DNA from: an uncultured Bacilli bacterium
GTDB lineage: Bacteria > Bacillota_I > Bacilli_A > RF39 > UBA660
DNA length: 64,000 bases
NCBI GenBank assembly: GCA_947626515.1
Contig: CANQSL010000002.1
Location: 14,339 to 78,338, forward strand
Reading direction: 5' to 3'
Shown: positions 38,071-49,714 of the stretch, one piece after another
How positions within the stretch are numbered: position 1 is the stretch's first letter
Layout: each line of letters starts with the position of its first letter
The notes under the pieces: model-generated
What the model saw: the letters and a program-made list of their open reading frames with translations, nothing else
Database searches by the model: none
Told to the model about the DNA's origin: nothing
Translations under genes and position numbers: made by a program

Positions 38071-41000
38071 GTGGCATACAAAGTAGAAAAGTTTGGTGAC
38101 CATAGAGAAAGAAGAAATTTCTCTAAAACGACTAATAAATACGAATTAAAAGATTTATTAGACATAGAAAAAGAATCATATAAATGGTTCTTGACAGAAG
38201 GTATTGAGGAAGTATTTGATGATTTATTTCCTGTAGAAAGTTTCACTGGTAATATATCTCTTAAATTTAGTGATTATTGTTTTGATGAACCTAGATACAG
38301 CGTAAAAGAATCTAAGGAAAGAATGGTAACATATTCTGCTCCTTTAAAGGTTCAAGCTCAAGTATTTTTAAATGAAACAGGTGAAGTTAAAGAACAAGAA
38401 ATATTTTTAGGCGATATGCCTATGATGACTGAGTCTGGTACATTTATAATCAATGGTGTTGAGCGTGTTATTGTATCTCAGTTAGTACGTAGTCCAAGTA
38501 TTTATTTTAAACGTGAAATAGATAAAAATGGGCGTCCAGTAGTAAGTGGAGAGATGATTCCAAATAAGGGTACGTGGTTGGAATTTGAACTAGATTCGAG
38601 AGATGTAATTTATGTAAGAATAGATAGAACAAGAAAAGTTACAGTTACGACTCTTTTGCGTGCTTTAGGATTATCTAGTGATGAAGAAATATTAGAGGTA
38701 TTTGGAGAGAATAGATTTATTAAAAATACATTAGAAAAAGATTCTACGAAGAATACTGATGAGGCTTTAATTGAAATTTATGAAAAATTAAGACCTGGTG
38801 AGCCTGCTACATTAGATTCTGCTAAAAATCAACTTATTACACGTTTCTTTGATAAATTCCGTTATGATTTAGCACGTGTAGGGCGTTATAAATTTAATAA
38901 AAAATTAAATGTATTAGATCGTTTATTAGGACAAAAAATAGCTGAAAACATAAAAGATGGTAAAGAAGTAATTGTTAAAAAAGATACTGTAATTGATAAA
39001 ACATTGTTGGAGACTATTAGACCTATTTTTGAAAAAGGATATAATTTAAAAGAAGTTACTATAAATGAAGAATTAGATGAATATAATAAAATTCAAGAAG
39101 TTTTAGTGTACGATAAAAATAATGAACAACAAAAGATAAAAATTATTGGTAATGATCAATCTATAGATTCTAGACGTTTGACTATTTCAGATATTTATGG
39201 TGCTGTTTCGTATTATTTAAATTTATTAGATGGTATTGGAAATATTGATGAAATAGATCATTTGGGAAATCGTAGAGTAAGACAGGTTGGAGAATTAATT
39301 CAAAATCAATTTAGAACTGGTATGGTTCGTATGGAAAGAGTTATTCGTGAAAGAATGACTACTCAAGAATTAGACACGGTTACTCCAAAAAGTTTAATTA
39401 ATATTCGTCCAGTAACTGCTGCAATGAAAGAATTCTTTGGTTCAAGTCAGTTATCTAAATTTATGGATCAAGTTAATCCGATAGCAGAATTGACTGATAA
39501 AAGACGTCTATCAAGCTTGGGACCAGGAGGTTTATCAAGAGATAGAGCTGGTATGGAAGTACGTGACGTAAATGTTTCTCACTACGGTAGAATTTGTCCT
39601 ATTGAATCTCCAGAAGGAGCAAATATTGGTCTTATTACATCTTTGGCAAGTTATGCTAAAGTTAATGAATATGGATTTATTATGACTCCATATAGAAAAG
39701 TAGTTGATTGTAAAGTAACAGATGAAGTAGTTTACTTAACAGCAGATGAAGAAAGTGATTATTATATAAGTCAAGCTACAATTGGAATTGATGAAAACAA
39801 TTATTTAACTGATAAAGAAGTTGTTGCACGTCTAAATGGAGAAAACGTAATAGTAAAGAAGGAATTAGTTAATTTTATAGATGTTGCTCCAAGCCAAGTT
39901 GTATCTATTACAACTAGTTGTATCCCATTCTTAGACCATGATGATGCACACCGTGCGTTGATGGGTTCTAACATGCAACGTCAAGCGGTTCCTCTTTTAC
40001 AAAGTGAAGCTCCACTTGTAGGAACTGGTGTTGAATATATTGCAGCTAGAGATTCAGGTTCTACAGTAGTTTGTAAAGCTGATGGTATTGTAGAATATGC
40101 TGATTCTAAAAAAATCGTTGTTAAAAATGCAAAAGATAAAGATGTCTATTATTTAGCTAACTATGAGAGAAGTAATGCTGAAACATGTATAAATCATACT
40201 CCAATTGTTAGAATTGGAGATAAAGTACATCGTGGTGAAGTTATTGCTGACGGAACTAGTACTAATAATGGAGAATTAGCTTTAGGTAAAAATATGACAA
40301 TAGCATTTATGACATTTAATGGTTATAATTATGAAGATGCTGTTGTATTGAATGAAAGATTAGTAAAAGATGATGTTTATACATCTTTACATATAGAACA
40401 TTACGATATTGACTGTCGTGATACTAAATTAGGACCAGAAGAAATTACAAGAGATATACCTAACGTATCTGAAGATTCAAGAAAAAATTTAGATGCAAAC
40501 GGTATTGTAAGAATTGGTACTGAAGTTCATGAAGGAGATATTTTAGTAGGTAAAGTTACTCCAAAAGGAGTTCAAGAACTTACTAGTGAAGAAAAGTTAT
40601 TACATGCAATATTTGGCGAAAAGACTCGTGAAGTTAGAGATACTTCCTTGCGTGTAGCTCATGGAGCAGACGGTATAGTTCATGATGTAAAAGTATTCAC
40701 AAAGGAAAATAGTGATGAATTACCAGCAGGCGTATCAAAAGTTATAAGAGTTTATATAATTCAAAAACGTAAGATACAAGTTGGTGATAAAATGTCAGGT
40801 CGTCATGGTAATAAAGGTGTTATTTCACTTATATTGCCAGAGGAAGATATGCCATATTTACCAGATGGTACTCCTGTAGATATAATTTTAAATCCACAAG
40901 GTGTTCCATCACGTATGAATTTAGGACAAATACTAGAATTACATTTAGGTATGGCTGCAAAGAAATTAGGTGTTTATTGTGCAACTCCAGTATTTGACGG

Positions 41001-41691
41001 TGCAACTGTTGACGATATAGCTGAAATGATGAAAGAAGCTGGACTAGATGAAGATGGTAAAACTGTTTTATATGATGGACGTACTGGAGAGCCATTTGAA
41101 AATAGAGTAGCTGTTGGAGTAATGTACATGATAAAACTTCATCATATGGTCGATGATAAGTTACATGCACGTTCAACAGGACCATATTCATTAGTTACTC
41201 AACAACCTTTAGGAGGTAAAGCTCAATTTGGTGGTCAACGTTTTGGTGAAATGGAAGTTTGGGCATTATATGCATATGGTGCTGCTCACGTATTACAAGA
41301 AATTTTGACTATTAAATCTGATGATGTTGTTGGTCGTGTTAAAGTATATGAAGCTTTAGTAAAAGGTAAAAATATTGCTCAAGCAGGTGTTCCAGAAAGC
41401 TTTAGAGTTTTAATAAAAGAATTCCAAGCATTAGGATTAGATATTTCAATTATTGATAACAATGATGAAATTCATAGTATAACTGATCTTGAAGAAGAAG
41501 ATGAAGATGAGGCTATAACTATTGATGAAATAGAAGCTAATAAGGATATACTTCCTACTAAGGAAGATGAAGAAGAACCATCTGAGCCAATTGAAACAGA
41601 AACTGATGAATTTGAAGAAAATGAAGAAGATATGCCAACTGATGAAGAATTAGAAGCTATAAATAATGGTGTAGAAGGGGAGGATATTTAA
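38071..41691 (+). CDS. rpoB: DNA-directed RNA polymerase subunit beta
   Basis: GTG start after [57 protein letters not shown]. Acidic C-terminal tail of about 90 aa. Confidence 0.98.
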   Translation: MAYKVEKFGDHRERRNFSKTTNKYELKDLLDIEKESYKWFLTEGIEEVFDDLFPVESFTGNISLKFSDYCFDEPRYSVKESKERMVTYSAPLKVQAQVFLNETGEVKEQEIFLGDMPMMTESGTFIINGVERVIVSQLVRSPSIYFKREIDKNGRPVVSGEMIPNKGTWLEFELDSRDVIYVRIDRTRKVTVTTLLRALGLSSDEEILEVFGENRFIKNTLEKDSTKNTDEALIEIYEKLRPGEPATLDSAKNQLITRFFDKFRYDLARVGRYKFNKKLNVLDRLLGQKIAENIKDGKEVIVKKDTVIDKTLLETIRPIFEKGYNLKEVTINEELDEYNKIQEVLVYDKNNEQQKIKIIGNDQSIDSRRLTISDIYGAVSYYLNLLDGIGNIDEIDHLGNRRVRQVGELIQNQFRTGMVRMERVIRERMTTQELDTVTPKSLINIRPVTAAMKEFFGSSQLSKFMDQVNPIAELTDKRRLSSLGPGGLSRDRAGMEVRDVNVSHYGRICPIESPEGANIGLITSLASYAKVNEYGFIMTPYRKVVDCKVTDEVVYLTADEESDYYISQATIGIDENNYLTDKEVVARLNGENVIVKKELVNFIDVAPSQVVSITTSCIPFLDHDDAHRALMGSNMQRQAVPLLQSEAPLVGTGVEYIAARDSGSTVVCKADGIVEYADSKKIVVKNAKDKDVYYLANYERSNAETCINHTPIVRIGDKVHRGEVIADGTSTNNGELALGKNMTIAFMTFNGYNYEDAVVLNERLVKDDVYTSLHIEHYDIDCRDTKLGPEEITRDIPNVSEDSRKNLDANGIVRIGTEVHEGDILVGKVTPKGVQELTSEEKLLHAIFGEKTREVRDTSLRVAHGADGIVHDVKVFTKENSDELPAGVSKVIRVYIIQKRKIQVGDKMSGRHGNKGVISLILPEEDMPYLPDGTPVDIILNPQGVPSRMNLGQILELHLGMAAKKLGVYCATPVFDGATVDDIAEMMKEAGLDEDGKTVLYDGRTGEPFENRVAVGVMYMIKLHHMVDDKLHARSTGPYSLVTQQPLGGKAQFGGQRFGEMEVWALYAYGAAHVLQEILTIKSDDVVGRVKVYEALVKGKNIAQAGVPESFRVLIKEFQALGLDISIIDNNDEIHSITDLEEEDEDEAITIDEIEANKDILPTKEDEEEPSEPIETETDEFEENEEDMPTDEELEAINNGVEGEDI

Positions 41692-44600
41692 TGTTAGAAG
41701 TAAATAATTTTAAAGGAATAAAAATAGGTATTGCGTCTCCTGAAAAAATTAGAAGTTGGTCTCATGGTGAAGTTACAAAACCAGAAACTATAAATTATCG
41801 TACCCTTAAACCTGAAAGAGAAGGATTATTTTGTGAAAAGATTTTTGGACCAACTAAGGATTATGAATGTAGCTGTGGAAAATATAAAAGATTAAGATAT
41901 AAAAATGTTATATGTGATAGATGTGGTGTAGAAGTAACTCGTTCAAAGGTACGTCGTGAACGTATGGGACATATAGAGCTTGCTTCTCCTTGTTCACATA
42001 TTTGGTTCTTTAAAGGCGTTCCTTCTAAAATGGGATTAGTTCTTGATATGTCTCCAAGAGATTTAGAAGAAGTTTTATACTTTGTAAGTTATGTAGTAAT
42101 TAATCCTGGCAATGCTCCACTAGAAAAGAAACAAACACTTTCGGACAAAGAATATAGAGCATATTATGAAAAATATGGAAACAGTTTTGAAGTGGGAATG
42201 GGAGCAGAAGCCATTAAGAAATTATTAGAACAAGTCGATGTAGATAAAGAAGTAGAAGATTTAAGAAAAGAACTTGATGGTGCAACTGGACAAAAGCGTA
42301 TAAGATTAGTAAAACGTTTAGATTGTTTAGTAGCATTCCAAGAAAGTGGAAATAAACCAGAATGGATGGTATTGGATGTAATACCAGTAATTCCACCTGA
42401 GTTAAGACCAATGATTCAATTAGATGGTGGAAGATTTGCTACTAGTGATTTAAATGATTTATATAGAAGAATTATAAATAGAAATAATCGTTTGAAAAAA
42501 TTATTGGAGTTAGGAGCTCCTACGATTATTGTACAAAACGAAAAACGTATGTTACAAGAAGCTGTTGATACATTGTTTGATAATGGTAGACGTGGAAGAA
42601 GTATAACTGCTGCTGGAAATAGACCGTTAAAGTCTTTATCTAGTATGTTAAAGGGAAAACAAGGACGTTTTCGTCAAAATTTATTGGGAAAACGTGTAGA
42701 TTATTCTGGACGTTCAGTTATAGTTGTTGGACCTAATTTAAAAATGTATCAATGTGGTATTCCTAAAGAAATGGCACTTGAATTATTTAAACCACATGTA
42801 ATAAACGGTTTGGTTTCTCGTGGTCTTGCACACAATATAAAGGGTGCTAAAAAATTAATAGATACTAGAAATGAATGTGTATGGGATATTGTTGAGGATG
42901 TTATTACAGAACATCCAGTAATGTTAAATCGTGCTCCAACATTACATAGATTAGGTATTCAAGCATTTGAGCCTAAATTAGTTGGAGGTAAAGCTATTAG
43001 ACTACATCCATTAGTATGTACTGCATTTAATGCAGACTTCGATGGAGACCAAATGGCAGTTCACGTTCCTCTTTCTGAAGAAGCAAAAGCTGAAGCAAGA
43101 ATTCTTATGTTAGGTGCAAATAATATTTTATCTCCTAAGGATGGTAAACCTATTGTTACACCTAGTCAAGATATGGTTTTGGGTAATTATTATATTACTA
43201 TTGAAGAAGCTGGACAAGAAAATGAAGGAAAAGTTTATAAGAATAGCAATGAAGCTATAATGGCTTATGAAAGAAGAGAGATTACATTACACACTAGAAT
43301 AGTAGTCCCTGTGTCTTCATTTAAACATAGAATATTTATAGAAGAAGTTCAAGATAAATATTTAGTAACAACTGCTGGTAAATTAATATTTAATGAAATA
43401 TTGCCAGATACATTCCCTTATATTAATGAACCTACTAAAGAAAATATTACTGGTGTTACACCTTTAAAATATTTCTTAGATAAAGGTGTAAATATAAGAG
43501 AAGAAGTTGCAAAAATGCCTTTAGTAAAAGCATTTGATAAGAAATTATTACAAAATATTATTGCTCAAATATTTAAATTATATAAAACAACTGAAACATC
43601 AATAATGCTAGATAAATTAAAAGATTTAGGTTTTAAATATTCTACATTAGCTGGTATTACAGTTTCTTTATCAGATATTATAGTAGATTCGTCTAAACAA
43701 GAATTTATTGATGCAGGGCAAGATAAAGTTAATAAAATTAACAAACAATTTTCACGTGGTCTTATAACTGAAGAAGAAAGATATACGAGCGTTTGTGCTG
43801 TATGGAATGGAGTTAAAGATCAAGTTAAAAATAAATTGAGTGATATTGCTAAGAATGATATGCATAATCCAGTATTTATGATGATGAATTCTGGAGCACG
43901 TGGTAGTGCCGATCAATTTTGTCAAATGGCTGGTATGCGTGGATTAATGGCTAAACCAAGTGGTGAATCAGTAGAAATACCAATATTATCAAGTTTACGT
44001 GACGGACTTTCAGTTAATGAATTCTTCTTAGGAACACATGGTGCTCGTAAAGGAGATACAGACACGGCTTTACGTACAGCTGACTCTGGATATTTAACTC
44101 GTCGTTTAGTAGATGTATCACAAGATATAATAGTTAAAGATGAGGATTGTGGTTGTGTCTCTGGATTAGTTGTAAAAGATTTAATAAATGATAAAGATGG
44201 AAGTGTTATTGAACCACTTGCTGAAAGATTATTGGGACGTTTTACTGCTAAAAAAGTTATTAATAAAGAAACAAAGGAAGTTATTGTTGATAAAGATGTT
44301 TTACTTACTGAAAATTTAGTTGCAAAAATAGAGGCAGCAGGTATTAAAGAAGTAGAAATAAGAAGTGTATTAACATGTAAAAGTCCTAATGGAGTATGTC
44401 AAAAATGTTATGGACGTAATTTAGCTACAGGAAATTTAGTTGAAACTGGTGAAGCTGTTGGTATTATGGCAGCACAATCAATAGGTGAACCTGGTACACA
44501 ATTAACAATGCGTACATTCCACTCTGGTGGAGTAGCAGGTGGAGAAGATATAACACAAGGTCTTCCTCGTGTTGAAGAACTATTTGAAGCTAGAAATCCA

Positions 44601-45374
44601 AAAGGAAAAGCTACAATTTCAGAAATTACTGGTAAAGTTGAATTAATAGAAGATGTTAATGGAAAATGGAAAATTGTTATAGCAAATAAAACAGAAGCTA
44701 GAGATCATATAACTTCATACGGGGCTAAATTAGTCGTTGAAGTAGGAGATGAGGTCTCTGCTGGAGATAAGTTAACTCAAGGTACAATTTCTCCAAAAGA
44801 ATTGCTAGCTGTAACAGATCCTATTACTACACAAGAATATATATTAACTGAAATACAAAAGGCTTATAAGAGTCAAGGTGTTGATATTTCAGATAAACAT
44901 ATTGAAATCATCGCTAGTCGTATGATTAATAAGATGAGAGTGGTTGATGAGGGAGATACTGATTTAGTTGCTGGCTTAACAGTAAGTATTAGAGAATTTA
45001 CAGAAAGAAATAAACAAGTACTTTTAAATGGTGGAATACCTGCTACAGGTAGGCCAATAATGCTAGGTATTACTAAATCATCTCTAGAAACTGATTCATT
45101 CTTATCAGCAGCTTCATTCCAAGAAACTACGAGAGTTTTAACTGATGCTGCAATAAAAGGAAAAGTTGACTTCTTAACTGGTTTAAAAGAAAATGTTATT
45201 ATTGGTAAACTTATTCCAGCAGGAACAGGTGCTAAACAATATAGCGATATAACAATAGAACTTGAAAAAGGATTAATGGATGATGAACCTAGTGAAGTAT
45301 TAGAAAATCAATTTTTAAGTTTAGAAGAAGATTCTAAAGAAAAATCAGAAATAGTTGAAGTTAAAGAGGCTTAA
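41691..45374 (+). CDS. rpoC: DNA-directed RNA polymerase subunit beta'
   Basis: TAATG overlap with rpoB. Zn finger [23 protein letters not shown] and catalytic [12 protein letters not shown]. Confidence 0.98.
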   Translation: MLEVNNFKGIKIGIASPEKIRSWSHGEVTKPETINYRTLKPEREGLFCEKIFGPTKDYECSCGKYKRLRYKNVICDRCGVEVTRSKVRRERMGHIELASPCSHIWFFKGVPSKMGLVLDMSPRDLEEVLYFVSYVVINPGNAPLEKKQTLSDKEYRAYYEKYGNSFEVGMGAEAIKKLLEQVDVDKEVEDLRKELDGATGQKRIRLVKRLDCLVAFQESGNKPEWMVLDVIPVIPPELRPMIQLDGGRFATSDLNDLYRRIINRNNRLKKLLELGAPTIIVQNEKRMLQEAVDTLFDNGRRGRSITAAGNRPLKSLSSMLKGKQGRFRQNLLGKRVDYSGRSVIVVGPNLKMYQCGIPKEMALELFKPHVINGLVSRGLAHNIKGAKKLIDTRNECVWDIVEDVITEHPVMLNRAPTLHRLGIQAFEPKLVGGKAIRLHPLVCTAFNADFDGDQMAVHVPLSEEAKAEARILMLGANNILSPKDGKPIVTPSQDMVLGNYYITIEEAGQENEGKVYKNSNEAIMAYERREITLHTRIVVPVSSFKHRIFIEEVQDKYLVTTAGKLIFNEILPDTFPYINEPTKENITGVTPLKYFLDKGVNIREEVAKMPLVKAFDKKLLQNIIAQIFKLYKTTETSIMLDKLKDLGFKYSTLAGITVSLSDIIVDSSKQEFIDAGQDKVNKINKQFSRGLITEEERYTSVCAVWNGVKDQVKNKLSDIAKNDMHNPVFMMMNSGARGSADQFCQMAGMRGLMAKPSGESVEIPILSSLRDGLSVNEFFLGTHGARKGDTDTALRTADSGYLTRRLVDVSQDIIVKDEDCGCVSGLVVKDLINDKDGSVIEPLAERLLGRFTAKKVINKETKEVIVDKDVLLTENLVAKIEAAGIKEVEIRSVLTCKSPNGVCQKCYGRNLATGNLVETGEAVGIMAAQSIGEPGTQLTMRTFHSGGVAGGEDITQGLPRVEELFEARNPKGKATISEITGKVELIEDVNGKWKIVIANKTEARDHITSYGAKLVVEVGDEVSAGDKLTQGTISPKELLAVTDPITTQEYILTEIQKAYKSQGVDISDKHIEIIASRMINKMRVVDEGDTDLVAGLTVSIREFTERNKQVLLNGGIPATGRPIMLGITKSSLETDSFLSAASFQETTRVLTDAAIKGKVDFLTGLKENVIIGKLIPAGTGAKQYSDITIELEKGLMDDEPSEVLENQFLSLEEDSKEKSEIVEVKEA

Positions 45375-45392
45375 AAAAGCTTCTTTTTATTT
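45363..45392 (+). terminator. intrinsic terminator overlapping the rpoC stop
   Basis: aaagaggctt (45363-45372) / aagcttcttt (45377-45386) with one G.U pair, loop aaaa, T-rich tail. Confidence 0.65.
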
Positions 45393-45476
45393 GCAAATAA
45401 ATTTATTATGAGATATTATTAAATTGTAATAAAATATTGGATATTTGGTTAGATTTTATTAAAAATTAAAAAAAAC

Positions 45477-45504
45477 TTGCATTTTTTTAAAAAGTGTGTA
45501 TAAT
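45477..45504 (+). promoter_or_regulatory. putative promoter of the surface-protein/sortase genes
   Basis: TTGCAT (45477-45482), 16-nt spacer, TATAAT (45499-45504). Confidence 0.45.
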
Positions 45505-45539
45505 AGAAGCCAAATCGAAAAAGAGGGAGTGGTTTAGGA

Positions 45540-47336
45540 ATGAAGAAATTTTCCAAGATTTTATTGAGCTTAATATGTTTATTAGGCTTCACAGCTAGTG
45601 TAAATGCTGCAAGTTATTCAAGTAGTATATCAGCAAGCAAAACAGGTACTACTTATGAATATGTCAATGGACTTGAAATTAGTTATAATAAGGCATCAAG
45701 TTATGATTTATATGCTTTGAGTCAAGGAACTTATTTTGGTTCGAAAACAACTTTAAGTAATCCAGTTGAAGCTGATGCGGGATTTACTTATATAATAAAT
45801 AATAGTAAAGTTACAAGTAGCTCTACTAAAAATTATTATATTGCACAAGCTGCTGTATTGTGGTATCAAGATTATTTAACTAATTCTGATGCAAATATAA
45901 GTAATACATTAAAAAATTACATAATTAATAATGCTAATACAGATACAGTTTGCTATTATATTTACAAATTAGTAAATGATGCAAAAAAATATTCATCTTA
46001 TGCTAGTTCTATTGTATTTGAAGACAAAACTATAACTTTTTCTAAAGAAGGGGATTATTATTATTCAAATATTATAGATGTTACTACTTATGATTTAAGA
46101 AGCAAACCTTCAGTAAAATTCTACAATGCGCCAAAGAGTACTACAGTTACTAATAATACTTTAGTTGCTGATGGTGAAGGTTCATTTCAAATTAGAATTC
46201 CTGAAAGTAGTTTAGAATCTTTCACAAGAGATGATTTTGAAGTATCTATTACAGGAAGTTCTTATCAATATACAACTGTTATTTATAATAATGGTTATGA
46301 CTATGCAATTTATGGCAGAGTTTACAGTACAACTAATAGTAATATTGAAGCCAGCTTACCAGTAATGATAAGTAACGTTGCAGATACAAAAGTAAGAATT
46401 AAAATTGTTGACTATAATGGTAAATATATTAGTGGATTAAGATTTAATATTTATAGTGGTGATTGTAGTGAAAGTACTTGTAGTAATTTAGTAAACTCTT
46501 ATACTACAACAAGTACATATACGAGTTTAAATGGTGTATTAATTCCAGGAACATACACATTGGTAATACCTAATTATAGTAGATATAATTTACCACAAAA
46601 AAAAGTATTTACTGTAAAGAATAATAATACATCATTACAATTATTAACTATTGAAGGATCAGAATATGATGATAATGATTATTATCCAGATGACGATAAT
46701 GATTATTCAGACGAATTAACTAGAGTTAGAATTTACAATAATATAAATAATAGTAGTGATTATATAAAAGTTTATAGTACTTATGGAATTTTAATTAAAT
46801 CTTATTCTAGTACTAATGCAAATTATTATTTAAATTTAGCTGAGGGAAGTTATTATATTATTGATAGCAATAAGACTATTGATAAAATATACTTTAATAT
46901 AACTTCAAATGGAAAAATAGAAGTAAATGGTAAAACTGTAAGTTATATAAATGTTATTAAAAATAATTCAAGTAGCGATAATGATTATTATCCAAATGAT
47001 AACGATTATTACCCAGATGATAATGATTATTATCCAGATAATAATGATAATGACTATGATGATAATTCAAGCAATCAAAATAATGGAAGCAATGATAATG
47101 TCTTCAATGAACATTATGATTATGGAGATTTCTCAGTTGACATCGAAACAAGTGTTGATACAAATACAAATGTAAGTGTTGATGTCAATGGTTGTGATGA
47201 TTGCGATTCTACAGTTGTTGATGTACCTATAACTAATTTATCTTCAACTTTAAAATATATTCTTGGTGCTATAGTTTTAAGTGCTGGTTTATATTTAGTA
47301 ATAAGAAATGTCAAGAAATCAAAAAATAATTGTTAG
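45540..47336 (+). CDS. cell-surface protein with Cna-B-like domain(s), acidic DNDYYP linkers and a C-terminal sorting signal
   Basis: Signal peptide ...GFTASVNA/AS. VRIKIVDYNGKYISGLRFNIY...GTYTLV (Cna-B/SpaA-like). C-terminus VPITN, then a hydrophobic stretch, then RNVKKSKNNC. Confidence 0.8.
   Translation: MKKFSKILLSLICLLGFTASVNAASYSSSISASKTGTTYEYVNGLEISYNKASSYDLYALSQGTYFGSKTTLSNPVEADAGFTYIINNSKVTSSSTKNYYIAQAAVLWYQDYLTNSDANISNTLKNYIINNANTDTVCYYIYKLVNDAKKYSSYASSIVFEDKTITFSKEGDYYYSNIIDVTTYDLRSKPSVKFYNAPKSTTVTNNTLVADGEGSFQIRIPESSLESFTRDDFEVSITGSSYQYTTVIYNNGYDYAIYGRVYSTTNSNIEASLPVMISNVADTKVRIKIVDYNGKYISGLRFNIYSGDCSESTCSNLVNSYTTTSTYTSLNGVLIPGTYTLVIPNYSRYNLPQKKVFTVKNNNTSLQLLTIEGSEYDDNDYYPDDDNDYSDELTRVRIYNNINNSSDYIKVYSTYGILIKSYSSTNANYYLNLAEGSYYIIDSNKTIDKIYFNITSNGKIEVNGKTVSYINVIKNNSSSDNDYYPNDNDYYPDDNDYYPDNNDNDYDDNSSNQNNGSNDNVFNEHYDYGDFSVDIETSVDTNTNVSVDVNGCDDCDSTVVDVPITNLSSTLKYILGAIVLSAGLYLVIRNVKKSKNNC
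46671..46712 (+). repeat. two 21-bp heptad-coding repeats (DNDYYPD / DDNDYSD)
   Basis: gataatgattattatccagat (46671-46691) is identical to 47019-47039 and is followed by a diverged copy. Confidence 0.85.
46977..47039 (+). repeat. three tandem 21-bp repeats encoding DNDYYP(N/D)
   Basis: 46977-46997, 46998-47018, 47019-47039. They differ only at a few mostly synonymous positions. Confidence 0.9.
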
Positions 47337-47946
47337 TTTTATAGTATTGTTTATAGGAATATTGATTTTTGCTTCTGAATATTTTAAAAGTAAAAAAATA
47401 GAAGTATATGATTATATGAATGAACTATATTATAATGAAATAGTAGATGTAGCTCCAATTGAAGAATTGGAATTTGCTACAAGTGAAGAGAATAATGGGG
47501 ATGTAGAGGTTGAAGATACTAAGGAAGAATATTTAGATAGCTATAGTTATATAGGATATTTAAATATTCCTAAAATAAATTTTAAAAAAGGATTTACAGA
47601 AATTTCTAGCAAATATAATACTGTAAGTAGAAATATACAAATATTGTCTACTTCTGATTATCCTGATAAAGAAAATGGGAATGTTATAATTGCTGCTCAT
47701 TCAGGTAATACTTCAGTATCATATTTTAAAGATTTATATAAATTAAACAAAGGGGATTTTGTATATATTGAATATAATAATACATTATATACATATAAAA
47801 TAGTTAATATATATACAGTTAATAAGACTGGTAAGGCTGAGATAAAAAGACATAAAGATAAATCTACACTTACATTGATTACTTGTACTAAAAATGATAA
47901 AACAACACAAACTATATATATAAGTGAACTAATAAATAAAGAATAA
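47308..47946 (+). CDS. sortase-family transpeptidase (small, atypical)
   Basis: N-terminal TM, IIAAHSG (His), TLTLITCT (Cys). No Arg follows the Cys. Overlaps the substrate gene by 29 nt. Confidence 0.75.
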   Translation: MSRNQKIIVSFIVLFIGILIFASEYFKSKKIEVYDYMNELYYNEIVDVAPIEELEFATSEENNGDVEVEDTKEEYLDSYSYIGYLNIPKINFKKGFTEISSKYNTVSRNIQILSTSDYPDKENGNVIIAAHSGNTSVSYFKDLYKLNKGDFVYIEYNNTLYTYKIVNIYTVNKTGKAEIKRHKDKSTLTLITCTKNDKTTQTIYISELINKE

Positions 47947-47960
47947 AAGGGGTGTTTAAA

Positions 47961-48554
47961 ATGGTTGATATATCTATTTTTGATAAAGTGAAATTATTGT
48001 TTAATTTTCTTAAAAAAAATTCATTAATAGTATTAGTAATTTTATTAATTGGATTTGTTATAATGGATTTAATTTATGGAAATAATAAAAAAGGGACTAA
48101 ACAATTATATATAGTTGTAATTGTATTAACTTTAATATATGTTTTATTTAGCTATTATAAACCATTTTTAAACATATTGGATGTTTATGTAGCTAATATA
48201 TTTAGATTATCTTATTTTCCATCTATTATTGAATATACAACATTTATATTAATAACTATTTTAATCCAATTTGTATCAATAAAAAAAGGAAATAAATTAA
48301 TTAAAAATATAAATATTTGGGTAGGTTTTATAATAGAGGCACTATTTATATTTAATTTAGTTGCTTTAAATGGTATTGATATTAACTTAAATAATTTGAC
48401 ATCTATATATGAAAATAATTTATTACTATCTATATTTCAATTAACTGGAATAACATTTATGATATGGATAATAATTAATTTAATGATATTGATAGTTAAT
48501 ATGTTTTTAAGTCAAAAAATAGAAATGCCTAAGTTAAATAATGATTTTGAATAA
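47961..48554 (+). CDS. polytopic membrane protein, unknown function
   Basis: About five hydrophobic segments. ATG 47961 follows AAAGGGG (ORF-track GTG 47952). Confidence 0.55.
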   Translation: MVDISIFDKVKLLFNFLKKNSLIVLVILLIGFVIMDLIYGNNKKGTKQLYIVVIVLTLIYVLFSYYKPFLNILDVYVANIFRLSYFPSIIEYTTFILITILIQFVSIKKGNKLIKNINIWVGFIIEALFIFNLVALNGIDINLNNLTSIYENNLLLSIFQLTGITFMIWIIINLMILIVNMFLSQKIEMPKLNNDFE

Positions 48555-48626
48555 GTATCAAATTTTGATACTTTTTATTTGAAAAAAAAGTCTACTTATA
48601 CTATAATTTACAATAGGTGATAGTAG

Positions 48627-49070
48627 ATGGAATTTAATTTAGAATTAATTGATTCTATTATAGAAGCTATTAGTATGGGGATGTTTGTTACTGAAAATCA
48701 AATTAACTATTTAGAATCATTTATAAAAACATGTATAAATAATAATATAAATGGTTACATTAATTCTCCCGAAATGCAACAGTTATTTGATAAATATGAA
48801 AATTATGCTACTATAAATGGGTATATTAATGAAAATATAAAAGCTATTATGACAAAATATAATGATTTTATAAGAAATACTATAGATAAAGGAGCAATGT
48901 ATTCAAAAGAAAATATAAAAAAACTTTCCTATAAAAATGGAAATGCTAATATATTAGATGAAAATCTTACAAAACTTGATAGATTAGGGTTTATTTCTAC
49001 TGCAATTATATTAGAAGCTTCATTAGTTGTTACCTTTATATTATCGTTAATAGCTCTTGTAAAAAAATAA
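48627..49070 (+). CDS. hypothetical protein with a single C-terminal TM segment
   Basis: 147 aa. AGGTGA RBS. C-terminal FISTAIILEASLVVTFILSLIALVKK. Confidence 0.55.
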   Translation: MEFNLELIDSIIEAISMGMFVTENQINYLESFIKTCINNNINGYINSPEMQQLFDKYENYATINGYINENIKAIMTKYNDFIRNTIDKGAMYSKENIKKLSYKNGNANILDENLTKLDRLGFISTAIILEASLVVTFILSLIALVKK

Positions 49071-49105
49071 AATAATATATATAATATTCTTATAGAGGAG
49101 ATTTT

Positions 49106-49645
49106 ATGGATATAGTTGAAGAAACAGAATTAAAAATGATTACATCAATTGAAAATTTTGAAAATAGATTAGTAAATATTAGGGCAGGACGTGCGAATCC
49201 GGCAATGTTAAATGGAATAGAAGCAGAATGCTATGGCGTTTCTACTCCAATTAATGCACTTGCAAATATTACAGTCCATGATGGTAAACAATTATTTGTT
49301 AAACCTTTTGATAGGGGTAATATTAAAGCTATAGAAAAAGCTATAAATGAAGCTAATATTGGAATTAATCCTGTTAATAATGGAGAAAGTATTATATTAA
49401 CTATGCCTCCAATGACAGAAGAAACTAGAAGAGATTATGTTAAACAGGCTAAAAATATGGCTGAAGAAGCTAAGATTGCTTTAAGAAATATAAGACAAGA
49501 TGCAAATAATCAAATAAAAAAGAATGAATATCCTGAAGATGAAGAAAAAGCTTTAATAGAAGATATACAAGATTTAATTAATAAATATAATAAAAAAGTT
49601 GAAGATATTACTAAGACAAAAGAGAATGAATTAATGGCAATATAA
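49106..49645 (+). CDS. frr: ribosome recycling factor
   Basis: 179 aa. VNIRAGRANPAMLNGIEAECYG and IRNIRQDANN are typical of Frr. Confidence 0.93.
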   Translation: MDIVEETELKMITSIENFENRLVNIRAGRANPAMLNGIEAECYGVSTPINALANITVHDGKQLFVKPFDRGNIKAIEKAINEANIGINPVNNGESIILTMPPMTEETRRDYVKQAKNMAEEAKIALRNIRQDANNQIKKNEYPEDEEKALIEDIQDLINKYNKKVEDITKTKENELMAI

Positions 49646-49714
49646 TGTTTTTTAAATAGTCATTGAATAGTTCTCTTTTTTTTGATAAAATAATAGTGTC
49701 TAGGAGTGTTAATT

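Noticed and set aside
40829-42411. Antisense ORFs inside rpoB and rpoC (40829..41191 and 42214..42411).
   Set aside because: They are embedded in unambiguous, highly conserved coding sequence on the opposite strand and have no independent signals.
45690-45870. Thioester (TQXA) adhesin domain in the surface protein, suggested by IAQAAVLW, which resembles TQxA(I/V)W.
   Set aside because: There is no Cys in the mature N-terminal region. Where a YC motif might sit, the sequence is LYALSQG. The spacing to the Gln (~43 aa) is far shorter than in known thioester domains.
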